Assembly: GCA_024704765.1 (NCBI GenBank)
Contig: JAKMXF010000343.1
Location: 682,001-746,000 of the forward strand
From: Oopsacas minuta
Taxonomy: Eukaryota > Animalia > Porifera
DNA length: 64,000 bases
Reading direction: 5' to 3'
Both the position numbers and the translations under genes were made by a program. The notes beneath the pieces are model-generated. The model was not told the origin of the DNA, searched no databases, and was given only the letters and a program-made list of their open reading frames with translations. This document shows, in pieces, positions 24,193 through 36,851 of the stretch (position 1 is the stretch's first letter; the number at the start of each line of letters is the position of its first letter).

Positions 24193-26507
24193 CACTGCCC
24201 TGCGTCACATTTGCTGATTATTATCCATGGGTTGTTTTTAGTTAACTTGAGTATACTGATTCTCAATCTGTCATCAGAATTCCCCTATCACGTCTCGTTT
24301 TTACTCAAATGTCATTTTAATGTAAGTCGATTTTTTTAAGTACACTTCCCTAGAATAAATTATTATATTTGATACTTGTGTGAATTTTGTCTTTTGAAAT
24401 AAACAGATGCGTGCTTTATTGCATTTTCTAATTAGTCCCTTTAACTCCATTCTTTTCTACATAATTTGTTTTATTTTTATTTTTGTTATATACAGCTTTA
24501 TTGTACTATAGTCTACTATTTTGATATTTTATTATCATATGGCTTATCGGAGAAGGTGCAGTAATGATCCAGACGTCTTTTGTTATATTTGTGGTAGTTT
24601 TATGACTTCTAAACAAACTATGGCAATAACAGGATTTGTTAAAAAAGCATATTTAGAATATTTTGGAATGAGATTAGGTGATCAAGACAAAACATGGCTC
24701 CACATACAGTGTGCCGATCTTGTGTAGAAAATTTGAGACAATGGACAAAAGGAATCACAAAGAGTTTAAGTTTTGGAATTCCAATGATATGGAGAGAGCC
24801 ACAAAATCACATTAGCGATTGTTACTTTTGTATGGCGAATATTTCCGGATTCAATGCTAAAACCAAGTCATTGATCAAGTATCCAAATTTACATTCAGCA
24901 ATACGACCCGTTCCCCATTCTATTGATGTACCTGTTCCAAAATTTACTAATTTGGATGTTATCTCGGAAATTGATGATTGTGAAACTAGAGATTCATTAA
25001 TTAGAGAAGATGAGGATTTTATTCCGTGTGTATTATCTCGTTCTAATTCTCCACAGTTATTTAATCAGTCTGAATTAAATGATTTGGTACGTGATTTAGA
25101 TTTACCTAAGAATTTGCGGAGTTGTTAGGTTCTAGGCTAAAAGAAAAAAACTTGCTTCTCCCAGAAACAAAATTTCACTCATATAGGAACAGAGAGATCG
25201 AATTTTTGAAATATTTCATAATGGAAGACGGATTTGTGTTTTGTCATGATGTTTCACCGCTAGTTAATGCTCTTGGATGTCCGTATGTACCTAATGATCG
25301 GAGACTCTTTATTGATAGTTCAAAACAAAGTTTGAAATGTGTTCTACTTCATAATGGCAACAAATTTAGTTCCATACCAATTGGACATTCAGTAAGTTTA
25401 AAGGAACGATATGATAACATGAAAATTGTGCTTCATAAATTAATTATAACCAGCACAATTGGGTAATCTGTGGTGACTCAATAATCATATGCATTCTTTT
25501 GGGACAGCAATCAGGATATACAAAATACCCTTGTTTTTTATGCTTATGGGACAGTCGTGCAAAGAGCGAACACTATTCTAGACAGAGCTGGCCAGCTAGA
25601 ACCAATCTTAATGTTGGAGATAAGAACATTATTCACGAGCCTCTAGTGGATCCTCTCAAGATTTTGCTTCCACCACTTCATATAAAATTAGGATTGATGA
25701 AACAGTTTGTAAGGGCATTAGATAAAGAAGGAAATTGTTTCAAATATATTACCGAGAAATTTTACTACCTAAGTGATGAAAAAAGAAAAGCCGGTATATT
25801 CGACGGTCCTCAGATAAGACAACTTGTTCGAGATGATAATTTTTCAAATTCTATGATATGCAAAGAAAAATGTGCATGGAATGCATTTGTAGATGTCATG
25901 AAAAACTTCTTGGGAAATACGAAATCTCCTAATTATAAAATACTTGTGAATGAGTTGATTGAATCTTACAAGAATCTCGGCTGCAATATGAGTGTAAAAG
26001 TTCACTTTCTTCACAGTCATATTGACTATTTTCCAGAGAATCTTGGAGCTGTTTCCGAGGAGCAAGGTGAACGATTCCACCAAGACATAAAAACAATGGA
26101 AACACGATATCAAGGGAGGTGGGGCGTTCATATGATGGCTGATTACTGCTGGTGCCTCAAGAGAGATTGTATTGATGTTATTCATGCTTGAATGTCAAAA
26201 AAACGGAAATTTACTCCTGATTCAGACTAATGTATTCAAATTTATTTATTAACTAAGATTATATTATCAATAAAAATTTATTGTAATTCTTAGTAAAAAT
26301 TTATAAATGGCAGATTTTCACTATTTTACTTGAGAGGTATCATGCATTCATCGATAAATATACCAATATTTAAAAATAATTTTGCTAAAAAACTAGACGT
26401 GATACATATATTTTACAACATTTTTCAAAATCAGAATTAAAATGTGGATTAGAAAATGTTTTGCAATAACAATCAGCAAATAAAATTTTTTTCCCCGCAG
26501 GGCTGTG
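24193..26507 (+). mobile_element. Full-length Chapaev3-type (CMC) DNA transposon with frameshifted transposase
   Basis: Ends CAC(T/A)GCCCTGCG, 3-bp TAA TSD. ATG 24539; FCYICG, HTVCRSC, WREPQNHISDCYFC, LFIDSS, LPPLHIKLGL, SEEQGERFHQDI. Three -1 frameshifts (~24695, ~25120, ~25443) and a TGA at 26189. Confidence 0.88.
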
Positions 26508-26559
26508 TAATTATCTTATATCAATGAAAATTAATGGTTTTAGTTTTTAGTTGTCCGTC

Positions 26560-28570
26560 TTGGAAGATAATTTCTATTGAGGAACTCCATTAGGGGCCAG
26601 TACCCAGACCGTTACTCGGAATTCTGAGTTGTTCTCTCCTCAAACTTAAGCGATGTGTCTTTCTGCCATTCTATCCGACTCAGGGTGGTAGGGTGTGGTG
26701 TTGCATTTCTTAATTCCTAGATCGAGGCACAATTCGTGTACTGCTTGCCCGTCCACATTCTTCCCTTCATCGGTGGGTATATTTTCGGTACTCCATGGCC
26801 GCGATGCACCCACCCATAGACTACTATATCCTACAGATAGGAAAGTAGCCGAGCAACGAATAAAAAAGAGAGGCCATTTATATGAATCTCATAAAAGTTA
26901 AATTAACTCTTCAAAATTTGTTAATTGAACTTCTTTAGGGTAGAAAATGTAAGGAATCAGTTAAGACTACCTAAAAAGTTCAAACGGCCATCCTTCATCT
27001 CGTTTAGGCGCCATTTATGCGATGACGTTAGCATTTATATAATTTGACTATTTTCTCAAATATTTTTGTTAAAAATGTATTTTATTTAACTTTATGCTAA
27101 AATTGTTTGAATTCGTACATGTACTTTACACTCAAGTTAAACCCATGTTTTAAAGATAGCTTATTGGAAGAAAATTTAGGAATTATTTCATGGACATGAA
27201 AATAATATATTTATCAAAAATATGATATGAAAATGTGATCCGAATTCTATTCTAAAGAAAATGTGCTGATTATATAGACCATATGAATAAATAGAGGACA
27301 TTAATTCATCGAAATACAAGAATTTCGAAAAGTAAAAAAAGTCTATTTTTGATCTCGTGATTTGAATGCGCCTAAACGAGATGAAGGATGGCCGTTTGAA
27401 CTTTTTAGGTAGCCTTAACTGATTCCTTACATTTATAACCCTAAAAAAGTTCAATTCATAAATTTTGAAGGGTTAATTTAACTTTTATGAGATTTATATA
27501 ATGGCCTTTCTTTTTATTCCTTGCCTCGGCTACTTTCCTATCTGATTACATAGTAGTCTATGACCCACCCTTCCATGAACGTGTTGACGACCGATCCGGC
27601 AGTTCAGTCTTTCAAGGTTACTGCCTCGACGTAATTTAAGAAAAGTCATACCTATGGTCGGCATCAGCCATAGCAACGTTCCAATAGCCATACCTACCGC
27701 CTCTCCAGCCTGTCGTTCTCGTATTCAACTGAATCCATATGTTACTTTGACTTCTGGATGGTTTTGCCTTTTGGCAAATCCTACATATACGACATTGGGC
27801 CTTCACATCTCGTGCTAGTCCTATCCAGAAGTAATTTTTCCGCATTCCCTGGAGTCTTCCCCTGGCAGAAATGCATTCCAAACGCAATCTCTAGAGTTCG
27901 CAGCTGCAAGGATTTGGGGACTATAATCCTTGTACCCACATACAGTGTCCCATCCTTAATATCGAGAGAAGTAACTCCTTAGAGCTGACCCCTTCAACTT
28001 TCCCTGTCTTTTGTATCTGCTCAACGGTTCCCTGGATATATGAGTCCCTCTTTTGTTCGGCTATCATTTTTTCTATCAATTCATTTGGACTTTCTACTCA
28101 ATAAATCTTTTACTCGAAGTGTAATAATGGTGCACGTCTTTGTCAATTTTCAAGTCAGACCTTGGTTGTGTCACGGGACGATATCGAATTTGATATGGTA
28201 TCTCCTCCAATCCCATGAGCCATTGGGCGAAGATGTGGCGGGGGTCCTTCTGCTTTTTCAACCACTGGAATGAGTTATGGTCTGTTACCAAAATCACTTC
28301 CGAGGCTGACTTCAGGTACAATTCTCCTACCTTGTGGCGGCGACTAAAGCCCATGTTCCGAGTTGTCCGGCACTGTAGTTCCTCTGAGAATCCAACTGAG
28401 CGGATGGGAAGAAGCTAATGCCCTCAATATGTCAGATTCTCCTTCTTCAATTAGACAGCAGCTATTTCCTCTAAACTCGCGTCTGATTTAATGTAGATTT
28501 CCTTATCCCAAGCTAGAAAAGCTAGACAGAGGGGCTCTTACACCAACCGTCTGCGCAGAGTGTCAAAGGC
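26560..28570 (-). mobile_element. Ty3/Gypsy pol remnant (RNase H plus integrase); no LTR seen
   Basis: SDAS..., NYSAGQL..WALVAATR, ILVTDHNSFQWLKKQKDPR, integrase zinc finger (YFWIGLARDVK..CRICQK), core GVPK..TDEGKNVDG..LGIKKCNTTPYHPESD.MAER. Confidence 0.88.
26815..27562. mobile_element. P-element-family MITE inserted in the Gypsy integrase
   Basis: CATAGACTACTA...TAGTAGTCTATG ends, ~200-bp TIRs, perfect 7-bp TSD ACCCACC. Removal restores VVNTFMEGWVHRGHGVPK. Confidence 0.9.
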
Positions 28571-28797
28571 GTTCTGGTGTTCTTGTTTGGGCTATCCTAG
28601 CTAAGTTTTGAATGAGCTTCAGTAATAATTCATACTTCCGCAAAACAGGCTGGTCTAAAGGTCCTACATAGTCAGGTCAGGTCAGTTCTCAAGATTAATC
28701 AAGTCATTTTTAGGTCAATATCAGGTCATTTAACAATCAATTGAGCCCAAATGAGCGCAATTAACCAACTTAAGAATGAGGAAACCATACACTAAAG

Positions 28798-28919
28798 CAT
28801 CGGTTCTCAACCTTTTTTCCGCGGACCTCTTTGGTCCATCTTATGGGGTCCGCAGACACCTGCCAATAAACATAACAAAAACATTTGTAGGGCCACAGAC
28901 CCCAGGTTGAGAACCACTG
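28798..28919. mobile_element. 122-bp hAT (Buster/Charlie-type) MITE
   Basis: CA(G/T)(T/C)GGTTCTCAACC...GGTTGAGAACCACTG ends, same type as the 34497-36851 element. TSD matches only 5 of 8. Confidence 0.75.
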
Positions 28920-29082
28920 TGCTAAGGGATGGATGATATACGCCAGTTTTACTCAGTATATATTTGGGCTAGAGCCTATTCTATTGAAGATATATCATAC
29001 TCAAATCTAGTTGACCCTATTATGGAAGTAATTCAATTCAATTTACGAGTTAATTAAGTTAAGGAATAGCAAGGTAAGATTA

Positions 29083-30323
29083 TCAGAGAAGAATGAATAC
29101 CGTAAACTCCCTGAAGCCTGAAAATGAGTTGAATATTCTTTGAATTACCTGTTTTGTTGTGTATGATGTAGTTCTGGTCCAGGTTCTGTATCCTGTTTCG
29201 TCATTCACTTTTCTTTTCGATCCTGGCTTTTGTGGTTTAGGTATGTTGCGAGGGTTTGATACTTTAAGAAAACCTTGAGTTGGGATTGTAATATGCTGGG
29301 TCTTTGGGAGCACGTTAAAGTTGATGGATATGTGTTTGCGGTGTTGATGAAGTGTTTATTATTAGGTTCTTCATTTGCGTTCTTTCCATAGTGAAGAATG
29401 TATAGTATTCTTACACGGTTTCAGGGGACTAGGATCTCATATCAGTTGCTAATCTTGCATTCGTTATTGAGGAAGTGCATCCAGTCGGGAATTCAAGTTG
29501 ACTTTGGTGGTGATAGCACAGAAGACCCTTTAGTGGTATCAGTGAGATATTTGGAATTAGATTGTAGTCATCGAGCTCCAGGGGTCTAAGTTTCGTGCGT
29601 TTTGGTCTAGTCTGGCTATATCTGTATTTGAGTATAGGTTTGAATTCAAATGGTTCACGTTCAGACTTTCTGGGGAAGTAACAGATGTTGAGTATCTTTG
29701 TCGTGACTTCTTTAGAGTTATGCCCTAGTCTTATGAGTGAAGGTAGGTACTTCTTGAGTAGGTGAACAGGTCGTCTGATGGATCCGTTGCCATCTTAGAG
29801 GCTCGGTTGGCGCTGCTCTGGTATGTGTTTTTACACATTTTTCGTGATAGGTGGTAGGGGTGTGGAAGTAGAAGGACAGGTTGTCTGTATTTCTGAGCCA
29901 CATAGGGAACTGCTGATGGTCAGGGTTACACTTACAATTTGCGTCTCCTTTGGTTCAGTCTCTTTCAGGGTGTAGGGCCCAAGCGGTGATTCATGATGGG
30001 GTACGTACCCGCTAGGTCATCGAAGTATATTGTGAGTACCTTTCCTGGGGGTGGTTTGTGGGTGTTGAGGAGGAAGGCTGTGCACAGGCGGGCGAGTTCT
30101 CGTGCCAGTGCCCAGTGGTATGCCCATTAGGATTCCGACATCCTAGGTAGAAATTTAATCACCGTTAGTTGTAAATTGAATATTGGAGTTGTTAAAGGAG
30201 TGCTAGTTGCTTTATTTTGCGGAGATCAAGAAGTCAAACTCTTTGAATACCAGATTGTGTGGTATGTTGGGTAAAAGGCCTCAATGCTACAAGTGTATAT
30301 ATGTTCTGGTGGTCCCGGCCCGT
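29083..30323 (-). mobile_element. Penelope-like retroelement, 3' half of a decayed RT
   Basis: HIYTC(S)IEAFYP/NIPH (motif A), NIQF..NG....VGILMGIPL/ARELARLCTAFLL, LTIYFDDL (30016-30027), and a thumb-like ..SSANRASKM..LLKKYLPSLIRLGH. Multiple frameshifts. No GIY-YIG recognised. Lower boundary approximate. Confidence 0.85.
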
Positions 30324-30561
30324 GTATAGGATGTTTTTTATCAAACTAGCATAGTAACGGATTGTAAACAATGGTATTTAAAGTATTTAAAGTTGGAGTT
30401 ATAAACGGTGTGAAAAGGAACCAACTTTGTCCAATAGGGTGAAAGCCTCGTCTAGGATTCTGCAGTAATTGGCATAGGTGTCTTTCAAGTCTCTGACATT
30501 CATTAGAAAACACAAACCTGAATAGAATAAACAGTAAACAACAACAACAAAAGTACACATA

Positions 30562-31896
30562 CAAAGGGTATTCATTTAATTCGTAACTCTTAGAATATTT
30601 GTATTATATAAGTGAGATAAGCCTCAAATACTACTATAAATGTTCAAAGTAGTCTCCCTTGTGCTCAACTACAAGCTTCAAACGCTCTATCCACTTGAAA
30701 AATGTTTTCTTATACTCTTCTTGTCGTATGTCTCTGAGGTACCGTTGGATGGCCCTTCCAATTTGCATCCGTTCTCCAAAAACTGTACCTGCTAGGTGCT
30801 TTTTGAGCCCATCGGACAGCCAAAAGTCGCAAGGTGCTAGGTCAGAGCTATAGGGTGGATGTTTCAATTCCTCAAGACCTATAGAAGCAATCTTTTCCTT
30901 GACTTCCTTAGATTTGTGCGGTCTGGCATTATCATGCAAAATTTTGATTCCTCTAAGACCCGTGGCTGGCCGACGTTCAATATAATGGTTTTCGATTTCC
31001 GGAAGAACAACTGTTGCATAAAAGTGCTCGGTAACTGTTTGCCCCTTAGGAGTACAGATTTGACAGACCGGACCATGTGCATCAAAAATATGGTGTACAT
31101 TACTTTGGTGGCCCAATGATCCGGTCTTGGTAGTGCTGGGGGAGAACTCCCTTTTACAATCCATACCTTGTTCTGTTCTTTGTGAGTTGGCTCTGAATAT
31201 CTTATCCACGTCTCATCACCGGTACATATTTCAAATAGTCGCCTCTCATCACATTGATCATACTTTTCAAGCAATTTTTTTGCAATTCTCACCCGGGTCT
31301 TCTTTTGAGTCTGATTCAACAAATGTGGGACCCAACGTGAGCAAACCTTGGACATACCAAGATGCTTGGTCAGAATTGCATGAACACTTCCCATTGACAA
31401 GGTTAGGCTGGTAGCTAACTGCTCTATCGTAATATGGGGATCAGAGTCACACATTTCAGCTACAAGAGCAATATTGTTTTCAGTGGTAGCAATTATAGGT
31501 TGCCCCATCCGAGGGTCATCTTCAACCGACACCCTACCTTCACGAAAACGTAGACTCCACTTCTTAACGGTTGATTCCGAACAGGCCTCCCCACCATATA
31601 GCTGTACTAAATCTTGGTGGATATTCCTTGGAGTATCGCCGAGTAATGAGCGGATTTTGATGTATGCTCTTTGTTCAAGTAGAAATTCATTAGATTTCGA
31701 AGCCATAAATTCCTCTGTGGTTGCTATAACCTATCTTCAAAAGGGTGTATCTCAAAAAATATTAGATCAATTTCTACAAAGTATAGTGTCCTAAATAGAC
31801 GAAAATCTAAGCTATAAATTAGATGCAAATAGTAAATACATGTGGTTAAACAATAATAGCAATAGCTAGGGTTACGAACTACTTGAAATCCCTTTG
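30562..31896 (-). mobile_element. Full-length mariner (DD34D), one frameshift from intact
   Basis: 26-bp imperfect TIR CAAAGGG..TTCA..TA.TTCGTAAC, TA TSD. ATG 31706 to TAG 30634; WVPHLL, TGDETW, HDNARPH..HPPYSSDLAPCD (D34D). Single T missing near 31090. Inserted after intron nucleotide +7 of a DNMBP-like intron. Confidence 0.95.
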
Positions 31897-34496
31897 TATT
31901 TACCTATAGTTTGTTTCTCAATAACATTCCTTAAAGTGTCCTCTAGTCCAACTAACAGTACCTCTGAGACCTTGGAGATAGCCTCCATATTCCTAAATAA
32001 TATATTGATCTCCATTTGTGATATGTTGGCGTCTCGACAAGCTTGTACTACATATGTACATGTAAGGTACATGTGTTTAGAGAAGTCTCTCTCTGTTCGG
32101 ACTATCTCGTCTAGGACGTACTGTCTGTGTTCTAGACGTGTTAATCGGGGGTCTTGTGACGTTACTATGGTAGCTGAAGGAATGTCTCTAGATGGTATTA
32201 CAGGAAACAGTATATTTGTTTGTTTGTTTATTAACTGCCTTTTGGCATGTTTGTTTGTAAGTAAATTGTTAATTTGATTGCTTGTGTTTGTTTGTTTGTT
32301 TGTTGGCTTGTTTACTTAATACTTGTTTATTAGTTGTTTACCTTTTCTATTCTGTAATTCTATCTGTAATATTTGTATTTTGCTCTGCGTTTGTTGTATC
32401 TTGCATAACACCTCTTGCCTACAACAGGATCGAGAGGAATTTCTAACTGACTCTCCAAACCAATCAAAACACGTTCTTCTGCCTAATAACGAAACAGCAA
32501 ACAAATATGTAACAATTTCATATAGTGGTTCCCAACCTCTTTCACCCGTGGACACCTTATACCAAGACTCATGATGGGAACTAATTCTTTCAATTAAAAT
32601 ATTAAGACAACATTCCATACCTCCAATTGTGTATCTATAGCAGCTATAGGCTGCATTACTCTGTCAGGAGATCCATTCTTGGATCGCTTAGGGGTGCTAT
32701 AGGGAGAGGAGAAGTTTGGTGATTCATTAACTTGATCTGTGAATATTGTATCTTTCTCACCTAAGTTTATAATTATTAATATTTCCACAAGTTTTCGAAG
32801 GGTTAAACATATTTTAATACATGTTCCATGTAATTCAGATTATCTTGCAAATTTAGTAATTTAAGAAATGTATGTATTTCACACCTTTCAAAATTTGAAG
32901 TTTATTCTGTAAATCTTGTATTTCATGTTCACAGGCTACTTGTCGAACTTCTAATTGTTCTTCTTTAGCCGCGTCACAACCTGTTACAACCTAATAACAA
33001 GGAAACAAACATGTAAACAAAGTGTATATATGTTTGCTGTTTAGTTGTTTACCTGTAGCATTGTTTGTAAACAAGAATGCATCCTTTCTTCAACCTACGA
33101 AACAAGTAGACAAATATATTAAGGGGTGATTATTCATATCTTAACACCTTTGAACGGGGACATAATATATATCCACCGACTCCCTAAAGTGCTTCAGTGA
33201 CGTGTTATGTCCCAGTTTCCATGGTTACCTCATTGGTATTTGGCTACACCCCTCAATGAGGGAGGAGATCAACGAATGAGGCCTACTTTTCGGGTCGATG
33301 TGTACATATATATAATTAATAGGTGTCATAACATACTTCTAGTTTCCGTTCTATTTCATTAATCTGTTGCTGTAGCTCAATATCACCGTAGTATTCGTTA
33401 AGGTCTATCTCTGATTGAGGGAAGTGTCTCTGTTGGGTGGAGCTAACAGGAGATGAGGAGGAGGTTAGACCGTTGGCAGTCCGTCTTCTTGAGGCTCGCT
33501 GCTCTCCCTAGAAAGTTATATGAAATATTGTGAACCTCCACAAACGGTACTGGGATAGGGGTAGCATTTTATGGAAGTTACACTGTGTACAATATCATAA
33601 CATTCCTAAAGGATATACTAGTTGCTATGTAAGCGTATAAGATATTCTCATTTATAATTACCCTTGTGAATGGATCTTCTGTAGACTCCAAGTCAATAGG
33701 AGATTTCCTGGAGTCATCTGAGGAACACGAACCAAGACTTCTGCTCCTTATTGTTACCTTCTTATGTGTATTAACTTTCTAAACAGTAAATAACTAAACA
33801 AATAAACAAACAAATAAATAAACATTCTTAATTAACTTTGATATTTGGACTAAAATCACTCTTCTTAGCAACAGGAGACAGTTGTGGAATGTTAGGAAAT
33901 AAGTTAATATCTTCGTTGTTACTCTTGACCATCCAGAAGGGGTGAGGGCGATTGGGAGGTGTTAGAGGAGGAGAGAGTCTTATTTGTTCCTCTATTAAGG
34001 AGGGGTTAGGGTGCAAAAGGAGTCTGTTTTGAAGCTGTACTTACTCGGGGGATCTATATGATAATATTGTTTGTTTACAATATACATATGTATAACTTAC
34101 ACTCAGCATTTTGATTGGTTCTCTGTCTCATATTACACAGTGATTGAGTAACATCAACAGAGAGAGGATTCTGATTGGCTGGAGGAGGTGGAGCTATTCT
34201 CTTTGGGATAGGACCACCAGATGACCCCATGGGGTCATGTTGGTCCAAAGTAGGTAACACTTTAACGGATTTAGCGAAGGGGGAAGGGATGTGAGGCTTT
34301 GAATTCGGAAGATTTCTAGAATTTTGTATTGCAATTTTTGACGTAATTAAATTTGGCTGGTGTTTTGGGAAGTTTTCGTTTAACAGCTGGTTGTGGTTTG
34401 TTTGTTTTCCTTGTTTACTTTTATTTCCCTGGTAAACATCAAGTTTACTAGATGGTTGATACTTCTTCTCCAATTTTCCTATTTCATTCTCTAATT

Positions 34497-36851
34497 CAGT
34501 GGTTCTCAAACTTGGGTACGCGTACCCCTGGGGGTACGCCAGCACTTTTCCTAGGGGTACGCCGGTGTTTCACCTAATCATATCAATTCTGTAATAATCA
34601 TATACAAATATTTCGAGTTACACACTATCATGTCAACAGACTCAGCACATAGATAGTAATTTCATGCCAAATAATTAATATGTATCAGTTACAATGGTTT
34701 CATCACTAATTATTATCACCCTTGAATATTTAATGTTTGAGGTTATGCTAATTAAGGATTCCATTGTCCGTAATATGTGTCAACTCATATTGATTAGAAT
34801 ATCACACCCACCCGTGTATCGTATTGTTCTTATAAAATGGAAATTAGAAGAGTATTTCTTTGAGACCTTGACTTTATCACCAAATTCATATGGAATCTGC
34901 TAAGAAACAGAAGTATAATGAAGACTATATCAAATATGGATTTACATCCATACTTAAAGAGGGACGGGAACTACCACAATGTGTAATATGTTATAAGGTG
35001 CTATCTGAGGGCTCGATGAAACCAAGTTTTCTAAAACGCCATTTAAGCGGGTGCCACCCTAATCTTGCAGATAAGGATATAGATTTCTTCAAGCACCAAG
35101 AGGTAGGAGTAAAGCGAATCCGTATAGATCACAGAGGACAATTAAGTCAACAGACTCAAGCAGGTCTTCGTGCCTCGTACATGGTGGCTTTGCGAATCGC
35201 TCAAGAAAAGAAACCACATACGACTGCAGGAAATCTTATACTCCCCTGTTGTAAGGACATCGTGCACTGCATTTTGGGAGATAGCGCCGAAAAGAAACTC
35301 GCCTCTCTGCCTCTCTCGAACGACACAATCAAGCGCCGAATTACAGATATGGCAGATGACGTAGAGCAGCAGGTAGTTGCTGAGATTTTGGGAGCCCCGT
35401 TGAACACATTTTCAATTCAACTTGATGAGTCAACGGATGTTTCTAGTTGTGCACAACTACTGGTATTTGCACGGTACATCAAAGACGGGGACTTCAAGGA
35501 AGAGTTCCTATTTTGCCATTGTTTGGAAACAACTACAAAAGGAGAAGATGTCTTCCAGCAGGTCTCTGATTACTTTGATAGGATGGGACTATCCTGGAAG
35601 AATGTTTCTGCTTGCACAACAGATGGTGCTCCTGCTATGCTTGGAATTCATTCGGGATTTCGAGCTCGGGTAAAGACAGTGAATCCCGTTTCGAAACACA
35701 ATCACTGTATGATACACCGACACGCTCTTGCGTCTAAAACACTTCCATCCGATCTAAAACTTGTTCTTGATGATGTTGTCACCATGGTCAATTTTATCAA
35801 GTCCAGTGCTCTTAATACACGTGTGTTCCGCCTATTGCGCCAAGAATTAGATATTGACCATCAGAATTTGCTGTTCTATACTGAAGTTCGTTGGCTCTCA
35901 CGAGGGAACATGCTCTCTCGAGTATATTCACTGAAAAACCAATTGCTTGAATTCTTTGAACGAGATGGGAAAGAGAAGTCAAAAGTATTCTTCGGCAAAC
36001 TCTCAGACAAAGAATGGCTGAAAAAACTCGCCTACTTAAATGATATCTTCTCGCGGATCAACTTGCTCAACAAGTCCCTCCAAGGACGGTTTACTATCGT
36101 GGTTGATTGTGTGGACAAGATTCGGGCATTTATTATGAAGCTATAACTCTAGGAAGCAAAGTTAACCGTGGGAAAGTTCGATTTTTTTGAAAGCCTCTCA
36201 GCAACTCTTGGAGAAGAGGGTACTACAGATCAAAGTATAGGTGCTCAAGTAAAGGCTCACCTCTCAGCAATGCGAAATGAATTTCAAACTTACTTCCCAG
36301 ACTTGAGCGACCTGGACATGAAAATGATTCGAAATCCATTTAGATGCGATGTAGGTTCTATACCAGACAGAGTCCAAGAGGAATTTGTTGAATTAGTCAA
36401 TGATTCTATTGCCAGAGATCAATTTGAAACACTCGCACTCACAAAGTTCTGGTGCGAAATGAGCTTGATATATCCCAACGTGGCAGATAGAGCAGTAAAA
36501 ATATTGTTGATGTTTCCCAGTACTTACCTTTGTGAATAAGGATTTTCAGCGCTATTACTAATTAAAAACAAATTTCGAGCGCGGTTGTCTGTGGAAACTG
36601 ATCTCCGTCTGGCCCTTTCAAAAACTGTGCCACGAATTGATAGCCTGATACACAACATGCAAGCACATCCTTCCCACTAATTTATTATCTACTTTATTAA
36701 TATTGCTAGAATAAAAAACACTTTTATTTTTCACAACTGGGTAAAAGGGATTGTAAACCTAATATTTACAATGCAGGCCATTTTAAGGGGTACATCACAC
36801 ACAAGATCCAGCTTGAGGGGTACGCAATGAGAAAAAGTTTGAGAACCACTG
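34497..36851 (+). mobile_element. Full-length hAT transposon, Buster/ZBED5-FAM200 type; 596-codon transposase with three nonsense codons
   Basis: 17-bp perfect TIR CAGTGGTTCTCAAACTT and GGGTAC subterminal repeats. Frame 34890-36680 has no frameshift: PQCVIC..LKRHL, QLDESTD, TTDGAPAM, HCMIH, EVRWLS, STYLCE*GFS. Stops at 36144, 36150, 36537. Right flank TTCTAGAT fits NTCTAGAN; left copy matches 5 of 8. Confidence 0.95.

Noticed and set aside
28950-29100. Hammerhead ribozyme or pLTR at the PLE ends
   Set aside because: No CTGATGA..GAAA core found by eye near either end; needs a covariance-model search.
32420-32448. 29-nt micro-intron (GTTAG..TTGTAG) that would fix the coiled-coil exon frame
   Set aside because: Removing it shortens the helical repeat by about 10 aa relative to the gene's other copy of the repeat; a 1-nt deletion fits better.
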